A stretch of DNA of 64,000 bases from Rhynchobatus australiae (Eukaryota). Of this stretch, positions 53,781 to 64,000 are shown one piece after another. Made by a program: the position numbers and the translations under genes. The first letter of the stretch is position 1, and every line of letters begins with the position of its first letter. The notes below the pieces were generated by a model. It was not told the origin of the DNA and ran no database searches. It saw only the letters and a program-made list of their open reading frames with translations. The stretch covers positions 37,163,681 through 37,227,680 of the forward strand of contig JAUZTB010000027.1 in NCBI GenBank assembly GCA_034780895.1. The letters are read 5' to 3'.

Positions 53781-54934
53781 TTTTTTTAATTTTTTTTTAT
53801 ATGCTCATTCTCAGATTTGCAAACATACGGAACTACCTATAAGGACCAGTAATAAATATCTGAATACACCTGCACATGGCTCAATTAAGTAAGTTTTACA
53901 TGCATTTCTGATCTAGATTTTTATTTTATGGAAAACATTTAACAAGAATTTACAATAAACTATTAAAAACGTAGGGGTTTGTTTTTAGATAGATCAGCCT
54001 CAAATTTAATTCCCCATAAAAACACATGTTAAAATGATTTAAGCAGAGGACCAGTACCAGTTTGATCTGGGACTGCCTGAGAGTGATTTTTGTGCACAAC
54101 ATTGTGCATATAAATAACGCAATTTGCAAATCTTTAGCGCGATCACTCACATTAACCGTGAGGAATTTCGGGAGTCATGCCTGAACATACAGCACAGAAA
54201 CAAGCCATTAAGCCAACCACGTNNNNNNNNNNNNNNNNNNNNNNNNNNNNNNNNNNNNNNNNNNNNNNNNNNNNNNNNNNNNNNNNNNNNNNNNNNNNNN
54301 NNNNNNNTGATTCAAGTGCTCTTCCAGAGGCTTCTTAATTGTGAGAGCACCTCCAAGTTGTACCAAGTGTACCTAACTAAGCATTCATCCTGCTGCTTAA
54401 AATTAGCTGCTCTCACTGGGATCCATTTCTAGAAGTACTGGCGAGGCTAGGGAGCAAATTCTGTGCGAAAAGCTGGGATTGAGAAGGGAGTAGGTACCCA
54501 GCTTCTCTGATGTCAGATAAGAGACAACAACAGCAAAGGCACGCACCTAGCAAAAGGATCAGATTAGTTTCATTTAACTTCACCACAAAAACTGTAGGTG
54601 GTCTTACACATATAATGCTCAGAAAATTGTCCCATCACAGCATCAGTGCTGAATTCATCAATGTGTTAGACTCCCAGACAGTGATATAGATAAGGTCCGT
54701 TGCCTTAAGGAAAGCTCGTATGGGTCTGCTTCCTTCTCTAAAAGCCTGCCTTCCTTTCATTGTTTTTTCTTTGCATATTTGAGTCCAATGTTACAGCTGT
54801 AAGGCAAATGTGTATTGTCCAGGGAGTGATGTCTCTTGGGGTTCAGGCATGTTAAACACACATAAGCAAGCAATCCAAAGTTGATTATCCACTACACATG
54901 CCATGAATTCTCAATCTCAACCCGACCTCAGCAA

Positions 54935-55160
54935 CAGAATACTCTGAACCACCTTGAACTACCACAGTCTTGTATTTTTTTACACCAGTGTCTTGTTTCT
55001 GCACAGCATTTTTTCTTCACTGTCTTGAATAACTTATGTATGATTTATGGTCGGTGTTGTCTGACTCTATGTGCCCGTGGTTCTGCTGCAAGCAAGATTT
55101 TCAATGCACCTGTACCTCACTGTACTTGTGCATATCATAATAAACTCGACTTGACTTGAT
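54935..55160 (+). mobile_element. Rex/Babar-type LINE 3' UTR
   Basis: Homologous to 8800-8908 tail (tgctgcaagcaagattttca.tgcacctg...aataaactcgacttgacttga). Confidence 0.65.
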
Positions 55161-56376
55161 ATGCATTGAAAGAAAAACTTTCTTCCANNNNNNNNNNNNN
55201 NNNNNNNNNNNNNNNNNNNNNNNNNNNNNNNNNNNNNNNNNNNNNNNNNNNNNNNNNNNNNNNNNNNNNNNNNNNNNNNNNNNNNNNAGAAAAACTTTCT
55301 TCCATAAGCAATACACATATTAAAGGTTTATGTTATGATAGTCAGCAATCCCTTTTGAGATTTGATTTTAATGAAGTCAGATTTGGAATCTGTAAGTTAG
55401 TGCATTAGCATATTACCTTCTGCTGCTGCAAATCACCTGCCAGGGAAATACTGCGAACAACTGTCAATCAGAGTGTGCCACTGTACTGATGTCAAGTCCA
55501 GATAGGCAGACTCACCCAGTGCATATAATTATTGAGTGATAAAAGTTACATTGCAATATCAATGATCAAAGTTTTTTTCTATCTTATTTAACATTATTTA
55601 CCATGGTCACCTTCTTGAATACTTACAAATGTCCACTATATTGATTGTCAGATGCCATATTTTTTAAGATATCCGACCCTATCTCTAAACAGTTAGACCA
55701 CTAAAACCAATTTTCAAGATTAGGGAAGTATCACAATGTGAACACAACAGCACACAAGTAAAACTACATGAAAACTCGCAAGTGGCTCAGGTAGACATGG
55801 TGCATGACTTATCAGAAAGACAAAAAAAACAACAGAAATGCACAGCAGATTAACTAGCATCTCACTGAGAAAGATAAAATTCCAGGTGTAATTTTACAAA
55901 AGAAGTGACTGTATTATAAACCAATCCATTTTTCTGGACATTTCCTGTGTTTACTTCAGGTCTGCAATTTTTGTCCTCCCTCAATATGTTAACAAGACTC
56001 ATCCTAATACACCAATAGATCAAATGTGGGTTTCATCGACTGGCTCTGGGCTTTGAAATTCAAATTGGCTTTACTTTTCTACGATTTCCTTTACATTGTG
56101 AGGCTTTCTCTCATCATTTGACTTTTTCTTTGATGTACAGCAGGTATTTCAAGTGCAGATGAATTGACCAACACCTAGATTTCGTTAAACAAAGTAAATT
56201 GATTCCAGAAAAGGACAAAGTTTTCATAAAGCACCATAAAATTAATGATGTGTGTCTGCCGGAACAATAGGTTTGCACAGTTTTGTTCATTTATATATCA
56301 TGCTGTAATTCAAACTGTTCAAGAAGCATATTCCTCTACGATATCATTCTGCTACTTTCAAAGTAACCAGTAATAC

Positions 56377-56583
56377 CTGAAGCTTATTGTACATCTTTTT
56401 CAGCATGGCCTGTTTTTGTAGAAGTGCTTTAGCATTATTAGGGATCTCCAAACCCATTCGAACCATGCATTCTGCCTCTCTCATCAGAACTGAAAGATGA
56501 GGGTCAAAGTTCACAAACATCTCTCCAGTGTCAGGATGCTTAACCAGTAAAGACGCTTGAAGACCAAACTGGACAGTTTCAAT
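56377..56583 (-). CDS. DNAH5: DNAH5-like exon (~ex15), 207 bp, IETVQFGLQASLLVKHPDTGEMFVNFDP...
   Basis: ORF 56344-56628; VNFDP motif; canonical splice sites. Confidence 0.94.
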
Positions 56584-57304
56584 CTGGAACAAGATGGTAA
56601 ATAAAAATGCATTCATTTCCGTGTACATTTACATGCAATCCTGTTTCTGATTCAACTCACCAAGGGGATCTTCTTTGGCTCTGAAATAAATCTCAATACT
56701 ATATCTATGNNNNNNNNNNNNNNNNNNNNNNNNNNNNNNNNNNNNNNNNNNNNNNNNNNNNNNNNNNNNNNNNNNNNNNNNNNNNNNNNNNNNNNNNNNN
56801 NNNNNNNNNNNNNNNNNNNNNNNNNNNNNNNNNNNNNNNNNNNNNNNNNNNNNNNNNNNNNNNNNNNNNNNNNNNNNNNNNNNNNNNNNNNNNNNNNNNN
56901 NNNNNNNNNNNNNNNNNNNNNNNNNNNNNNNNNNNNNNNNNNNNNNNNNNNNNNNNNNNNNNNNNNNNNNNNNNNNNNNNNNNNNNNNNNNNNNNNNNNN
57001 NNNNNNNNNNNNNNNNNNNNNNNNNNNNNNNNNNNNNNNNNNNNNNNNNNNNNNNNNNNNNNNNNNNNNNNNNNNNNNNNNNNNNNNNNNNNNNNNNNNN
57101 NNNNNNNNNNNNNNNNNNNNNNNNNNNNNNNNNNNNNNNNNNNNNNNNNNNNNNNNNNNNNNNNNNNNNNNNNNNNNNNNNNNNNNNNNNNNNNNNNNNN
57201 NNNNNNNNNNNNNNNNNNNNNNNNNNNNNCTGGGGTGCTGCAAATGTTAAATGGCAGATGGATACAGAGAAAGTGAAATTATTTCCTCAGGTGGGGGAAG
57301 GGCA

Positions 57305-57632
57305 CAGGGCAGCAGCAGAGAGGCAGAGCTACTGGAGATGCTGCCTCACAGCTCCAGCGACCCAGGTTCAATCCTGGCCTCCAGCGCTGCATGTGTGGCA
57401 TTTACTTGTTCTCCCTGTGGCTGTGTAGGGTTCCTCCAGGTACTTCAGTTCCATCCCACGTCCCAGAGATGTGCGGAATAATCAGCCACTGCAAATTGCC
57501 CTTAGTGTGTAAGTGAGTGGTAGAATCTGGCGAGAGGTGAAGGGAATATGGGAAGAATATCTTTGCAGGGAAAGTGCAATTGCTCTGTGAGGTGGCACAG
57601 ACTTGACGGGCCGAATAACCTCCTTCTGTGTC
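57305..57632 (+). mobile_element. V-SINE (HE1-like), near full length
   Basis: tRNA-like head with B-box GGTTCAATCC, V-domain, and CR1-type tail (gggccgaataacctccttctgtg). Confidence 0.85.
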
Positions 57633-58763
57633 ATAAGGAAATATGGAAACAATGGGATATGATGCCACATAATGATGGCATTAAAATTAGACCATTAAAA
57701 GAAGAAAGCCTGAAGACACACATACACAAAGCGTGATAGCAATCTCGAATTCTCTCCCCAGAAAGGCTGTGAATGGCAAATTATTGGAGCTTTTGAAACT
57801 AAAATTGTAAATCTTTGTAAGCCAGGGGTATTAAAGGTATGTTGTTAAGACAGGTAAATGCAGGAGAGTTGGAGATTAGCCACACTAGCTCGAGGAGCCG
57901 AAGGGCCTACTCCTCTTGCTATTTTGTAACACAAGTCATTGCTCACACTGCGAGTGCACTAATTCAATGGCAGTCACTTTATCCCCNNNNNNNNNNNNNN
58001 NNNNNNNNNNNNNNNNNNNNNNNNNNNNNNNNNNNNNNNNNNNNNNNNNNNNNNNNNNNNNNNNNNNNNNNNNNNNNNNNNNNNNNNNNNNNNNNNNNNN
58101 NNNNNNNNNNNNNNNNNNNNNNNNNNNNNNNNNNNNNNNNNNNNGTCAACATTTTGCATCGATACTCTGCATCAGGACTGATAGTGGAGAGGGGAGGTAA
58201 CCAATATAAAGAGGAGAGGAAAGGTGGTGAGGCAAGAGCCTGAGGCCATCCAATTCTATGACTCTATCAACAGAACAAAAATTTATCAATTTATCATTTG
58301 TGATGCAAACCTTCACAAAACTAGAATGCGTTCTGGCAGAGATCCTAAAATGCTTATTGAATTTACTGACCACTGAAATAAATGTGGACATTGTTTTCTA
58401 TGGCCAAATTACCTCTAAATTAATTCCACTGTGCACAGGTCTGCACACAAAGCAATGAAGCTGACACCAAGTTGCCTGCACTGGTAGCTTAAAACTAAGT
58501 CTCATTCTGATGATGAAGGCTACCAGGTGGAAGCTATTTTGTAAAGGATGAACAAGTGACACAATGCAGCCAGAAACTTGAAAGAACATTTCTAGATGAA
58601 TGCAAGGTTATGCAGCAAATACATCTGTATACATGTTACCAAGCAGCCCCAAGTTGTTTTAATGATCACAGATATGTGACTTGTATTTTTTTTTGATGGG
58701 AATATAAATGCTGCACATGCAACTATGATTAAAGCTCACTACAAATGCGTTACAATGGTCTAC

Positions 58764-59085
58764 CTGTTGTATCCAGGCTCTGTGATAAAGCACTTCATAT
58801 TCCAACAAAACTCTGGCTATTTTGTTGTAGCTGCGAATGATCCTTTTTGCATCTTCGTTCTGCAGGATGCCAGGCCTCTTCTCAAACAACAACATGGGCT
58901 CGTGAATACGTCTGAGGAGCTGTCGAGCCCATATGATTTTCCCAGCTACTGGAGGAAAGTTGCGTGGAATCGGAGGGTCAGTGTTTTCCTTTGTGTAAAT
59001 TTGGGACACATGGCTCATATCTTTACTGTAGCTATGGAGAATTTTCTGAAATTGTTTGTCTATTCTCAGTTCTGGTATTCCAAGC
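58764..59085 (-). CDS. DNAH5: DNAH5-like exon (~ex14), 322 bp, includes DPPIPRNFPPVAGKIIWARQL
   Basis: ORF 58659-59096; conserved PP.AGKI.WARQL motif; canonical splice sites. Confidence 0.95.
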
Positions 59086-59529
59086 CTGAAAAACATGTTA
59101 CTGATGGTAATGTGCTTGGATTAAACTGATATGAACATCAATCAAAATTGGATGAGTTCACTGTGAATGCATTTTCCTTCAGTTGGTTATAACTTAAACT
59201 CACTCAAAATTGGTTCAATATTTGAGGGATAGGGACATGCAACAGAAGAAAAAACAAAAAGTTAGAGAGACTGTGCCAGTATACACTACAGCAAAATGGC
59301 CCTGAACAAAGCACCAGAGAAATAGAGTACTCCAGTATGGCTCCAGTCAAACACCACACTGGAATCAGTGTCACTGAAGTATTTGTGATATGGTCCTATG
59401 CTCACATCTACCAAAACCAAATTCCAGAATTAGAAATCCAAAGGTATGCTCACAGTTATTATTAAGGACCTGGGAGCATACAGATTCATCACAGCCACTT
59501 TAACACTGTATTGACAAACATAGACTTAC

Positions 59530-59615
59530 TTTTCAAACTTCTCGAACAGCGACAAGGCCCTTGGAGTGCTTGAGATGCTGTCAAAAGTGGTATCCATAAA
59601 CTGTGTGATTTCAGC
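59530..59615 (-). CDS. DNAH5: DNAH5-like exon (~ex13), 86 bp, AEITQFMDTTFDSISSTPRALSLFEKFE
   Basis: Manual translation; GTAAGT donor; phase 2 exit fits the next exon. Confidence 0.88.
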
Positions 59616-60506
59616 CTGCCAAAGTAAATTTAGACATGCAGCTATAATATGCATTTCTATACTTGTCCTATTTCTTTTTGAGCTCCCAAATCACCATCTT
59701 ATCCATCTTGCCAGGCAAGTGACAAAAAAAAATTCATCCCAACCTTCTAATTCTGCTGCTCTGTTGGATTAATTTCAGCATTTATTAGGCTGATTCTCGG
59801 GACAGATGACATGGGTTTTCTGTACAGTCCCTGGAAAATGCTGAAATTACCTTGAGCTTTGAAAGACTCTCTCAGGGAATTAGAGAAGCCAAATCCAAGA
59901 AAACTATCTTGAATAAAAACTCAAAACCACACGTAAATGATCACACGTCAATACACACTGGTAACTTGATGCCTACACAAAGAGTTAATGCAGCACATTT
60001 AGGGGACTGAAGTCATCAGCTGAATATTGTAGAATTTGGTTTCAAACTCAGTATGAAGTTGTAGGAGCCTATTACACCATCCTTTCATTTCCAAACTGAT
60101 AGAATCTAAGTCTTCTCCATCTGATGGCTGTGAAGTAGCCAGGAGTGATGGTTCTATGGCTTGCCCTGTGTCTCTGGCCAGGTACAATGAATAATCTGGG
60201 TGCAGCTAAAACTAGGAAATCAGGTTTGTTGTAGCAAATGCCTATAAAGGTGCTTTCTCAATTCTCTGCTCACATTAATGGAGGAAAACTAGGTGGGTTG
60301 CTTTATAGGAGAGTCCTCCACCAAAGCAGTTTTCTTATATTCAACGTGCCTAGATAATCATGTGTTTCTGGGCACTGGTATTGGTTCTGGCCACTGTCTT
60401 TCGTAGCAAACAAATACATTTTCACAACAGATTTACAAGCATCAATATTCTTATTCCAGAGGCCTTTCGTACCTGACACACCAAATGGCACGATACTTTT
60501 AACTAT

Positions 60507-60635
60507 CAAGGGAAATCAAGGAATGTGGGGTTACTGCAGAAAAGTGGCACTGAGGTAGAAGATTAACCATCATCTTATTGAATGGCAAAGTAAGCATGAG
60601 GGGCCAAATGGCCTCCTCTTACTTCTATTTCTTGT
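60507..60635 (+). mobile_element. CR1 3'-tail fragment (similar copies at ~16.4-16.56, 53.4-53.53 and 57.7-57.92 kb)
   Basis: atcaagg.at.tggg...catcatcttattgaatggc...gagggg ccaaatggcctcctc.t.cttctatttctt. Confidence 0.65.
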
Positions 60636-61006
60636 GATGCAACATTATGTCAGGTATACCAAGGGCAGAGATGAAGCAAAACTAACATAATGCTACACAG
60701 GTCTCAGAATGAATCTCAATGCAATCCCAGTGCATCAATGTGACATTTTAATTTGCACACAAGTCATCCTTATGAGCCTTGAGAGTAGAATTGATCCTCT
60801 AGGAAACTCATTTCTCATGAAGGTCTCACAAGCATCAGATAAATAGATTTTCATCAAATCGATCTAGACTGGAAAAGTTCAAAATATGGTTCAAAAGGTA
60901 AATGGGAAATTATTTAACTGACATTTATTATATGCATTGACCTACAAATAATGCCAAATAGAACAAATCTAGGATTTATCATTCAGATCATTAAATGGTT
61001 ACAAAC

Positions 61007-61114
61007 TTGCAAGTCATAGATCTGTGTAGTGAAATTCTCATAATCCACATCAAAGGTAGTCTTTTTCTGGTCAAGCAGATTGTAATCTTGCTTTTTCATT
61101 CCAGATACAATAAC
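61007..61114 (-). CDS. DNAH5: DNAH5-like exon (~ex12), 108 bp, VIVSGMKKQDYNLLDQKKTTFDVDYENFTTQIYDLQ
   Basis: Manual translation; TTTCAG acceptor, GTTTGT donor. Confidence 0.88.
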
Positions 61115-61770
61115 CTGAAATATATAGAAGACAGCAAGTGAACTGGATTTTCAAAATGCCCCTCCTCAAAGAGAACATAAATCTAATGTATCCAACTTCC
61201 TTCTAATACATTTCCTTACAATAAGATGCAAAGCATAATGTGCCTGGAAATTCAGGTTCATGGTGTTAAATGTGCTGCACAGTGCCTGCAGCATATTTCA
61301 GTTCTCTTCCGTCAACTTTAATAAATTTTAGAGGNNNNNNNNNNNNNNNNNNNNNNNNNNNNNNNNNNNNNNNNNNNNNNNNNNNNNNNNNNNNNNNNNN
61401 NNNNNNNNNNNNNNNNNNNNNNNNNNNNNNNNNNAACTTTAATATATTTTAGAGGCTGTGTGTACGGCGCATTTAGAGTTACCATCCCAGATATATTTTT
61501 AGGTAACCAAGTTTGAATGAACTAAGGTTGATTCTCAGGTAATTCACAAAACACCTCAATATACAAGATTCTTCCAAGCATGCTAATATGAATTACAGAT
61601 AGACTCAGGATGAACAAGCATCAGTTCCCATTCCTTGTCAAAAATATTTGAACCAAAATTATATCACACTGAGCCAAAAATAAAAAATTAGGCATTGTTG
61701 TACAAACCCAGATGAATTCTCATTTTAATAAAAATTCCTTTGTTTCTGACATGAAGCGTGATATTTTTAC

Positions 61771-61986
61771 CTGGAATTTGCTTGCTATCTGTTCAATCCC
61801 CTCAATAGTGGATTCCTCCAGGCTGGAATATACTTTAATAGTCTCAAGCATCTTAATAATCTTTCTAAGCCGTCTCTCAAATGTGTCAAACTTTCCAAAA
61901 ATGCAGATTTCACTAAATTCAAAGGTTCTTTCCTTCTGGTTCTCCTTCATCTTTTGCTTGGTAGCACTATAGCAGGACTGATACTC
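61771..61986 (-). CDS. DNAH5: DNAH5-like exon (~ex11), 216 bp, EYQSCY...FEFSEICIFGKFDTFERRL...SKFQ
   Basis: Lies in ORF 61720-62028; canonical splice sites; IFGKF motif. Confidence 0.93.
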
Positions 61987-62710
61987 CTGACGTTTATGAA
62001 AAAAACAACAGTTCATTTTAACATCCAAAGCATTATTGTTACTCCTTTCAACCTACCTTCATTACAAGTCTAGACTAATGTACACGTTGCTTTACTCCCC
62101 AACAGAAGCCATACTTTGACGAGCATCCCAGTCTCAAGATGTACAGGATTCCCAGAACAGGAAAAGCATACATTTTTCCAGCTTAACTGAAAATTTTTGC
62201 TCACCCCAAGATATGACCTGAATTTTACTTTTCCACCGCAACATAAGTTGTATGGTGCAGCACCTTGATGAATCAGGCACATAAATCAATAAGCTGCATG
62301 CTCACCTGGACTGCAAACTTGTGACTTGACACAAAGGGAAAACAATCCTTGGTGCAATGACAAATATTCAGTACATTTGAATTCCCAATCTTTAACCCTA
62401 CATTTGGCCAAAGCCACCTGTTATTTGCCTAAATTATCATCTCTGTCATTTAAACGCTTGGGAATTTGATTCAATAAATTGCCTGTTTATTGATAGCCAC
62501 AGTCAGAGAAGTAGACTTCTGTAACTGTCGACATCTGTTCAAGCAATTTCCCACCGAGTCGATTCCCTCTGATTCCATGGATCCTCTGGAAGATGTGGGG
62601 TATTTATCTTCAGGCAATGTGAAGAATGAAACTGGCACTTTTTCCATTTGCAGCATCTGAGGGTGAAGCATAGTGCAGCAAACATGTTTGTCCTACAATC
62701 TATCAATTAC

Positions 62711-62833
62711 CTGATTAAGCCTAATACAGGCCATCAACTTGTTAACTATTGTGCTTGGAGATAAATCCCATATTGTAACAGTTCCGTCATTGGTAATATA
62801 TGCCTTACACGCAGTTATCATTTGGTTTGTGAT
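62711..62833 (-). CDS. DNAH5: DNAH5-like exon (~human ex10), 123 bp, ITNQMITACKAYITNDGTVTIWD...IRLNQ
   Basis: AG/GT boundaries; translation matches DHC_N1 tail motif TNQ(M/I)I.ACKAYIT. Confidence 0.92.
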
Positions 62834-64000
62834 CTGAAATAATAAAATTTAAAAATTCATTAGTCCTAATCTAGTTTTGAACTAATCTTTAAGTCACAAG
62901 AGAGAAGGCTAATCTCCTGAAATGCCTGTCTCTTCACCTTCAAAATAAAATTGCATGAAGTGTCAGGCAATATTTAAGTATCTTAGAAATTACAAAACTC
63001 ACAGGTTCTGACTATGTGGTCAGTATGGAAAGAAAACTGCTCAATATCCCCTTCAATCATAGTTGGCCACAAAGACCTGCCTGGATTTGGTGTGGAGAAT
63101 TCCCACCACTGGGCATCATTTGTAACAGCAGATCTATGATGAACATGAGCAGTACAAGACACAGCAAGACTCTTCAACCAATCAGACCAGGGTCTCATTG
63201 AACCATAGAGTGGAAAACTGGATGGTGTGGACGGCCACAGCACGGATGCTCTAGAGTACAGCAGACACGTCAAAATGAAGAAGTGGAGTTCGCTTGGTTG
63301 TTGACCTGTAGAAGGAGACAGGTAGTTGGTGTGGACGGCCATGATACTCTCTATTTTTTCTCTGCATCTACGTTTTATCTCCAGACAACGGTGGTTGTTG
63401 AAGAAGCCTTTACTCATGTNNNNNNNNNNNNNNNNNNNNNNNNNNNNNNNNNNNNNNNNNNNNNNNNNNNNNNNNNNNNNNNNNNNNNNNNNNNNNNNNN
63501 NNNNNNNNNNNNNNNNNNNTAAGTAGTTATTAATAAAGTAGATTTTAACACTTATACATGTCTCGGTGTGTTTCTTTTGTTGCTGGTTCGTAACACGTTA
63601 AAAAATGTTCAAGGGCAGGACAATTGTTCAGCAGTATTCATGGTGTACTCTTTAACCTGCCATCCATTATGTTTCCAGCCATTTTTTGTGCAGTGAGCAA
63701 GTTCACGTTATTGCAGTTATTTCAGTGTTGAGACTATTGAGGAGGATTGTAACAGCACATCATGGGGAGGAATGGGCTTTGTCTGACAACTTCTAAATTA
63801 TTAACCACACATGTGCATACTTCAGAAGTTGCTGCCTGATTTACTATAACAGTGAGTGCCAGTTATTAGAGCATTATTATTACAGCAAAATGCATAAAAA
63901 TAACTAATTTCAGCCATGAAGATATGTCTTTTTCTAAACCAACAACTGCTTTTTAAAAAATAAAGCTAATGCAACGTGTAGGGTTTTGACAGGGAAATAA

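Noticed and set aside
57305-57390. tRNA gene suggested by B-box GGTTCAATCC
   Set aside because: It is the tRNA-derived head of a V-SINE and has no complete cloverleaf.
62983-63417. 144-aa minus-strand ORF with a short direct repeat (ggtgtggacggcca twice)
   Set aside because: It shows no dynein or other recognisable similarity and is likely a decayed repeat next to a gap.

Overview
This is eukaryotic, AT-rich, gapped draft-assembly DNA. Its repeat content (HE1/V-SINEs, a DeuSINE, CR1, Rex/Babar, RTE and Penelope relics) points to a cartilaginous fish, probably a ray (inference). The whole window lies inside one large minus-strand gene for an outer-arm axonemal dynein heavy chain of the DNAH5 type. 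I traced 36 consecutive GT-AG exons from 62833 down to 169. Their phases are mutually compatible, and most lengths match human DNAH5 exons ~10-45 as I recall them. They encode the tail, linker, AAA1 ([16 protein letters not shown]) and AAA2 ([14 protein letters not shown]). Both gene ends lie outside the window. The introns are full of decayed retroelements and MITE-like inverted repeats. There are no prokaryotic features, CRISPR arrays or RNA genes, and I found no new multi-gene system. The most notable observations are: (i) non-canonical residues clustered in AAA1 motifs of an intact frame, suggesting a divergent DNAH5 paralogue; (ii) an RTE 3' tail abutting a splice donor; (iii) a ~95-bp intronic inverted repeat pair; (iv) a small Gypsy-type LTR relic with a tRNA-Ser-like primer site; (v) nested retroelements; (vi) false 100-N gaps with duplicated flanks that break exons.
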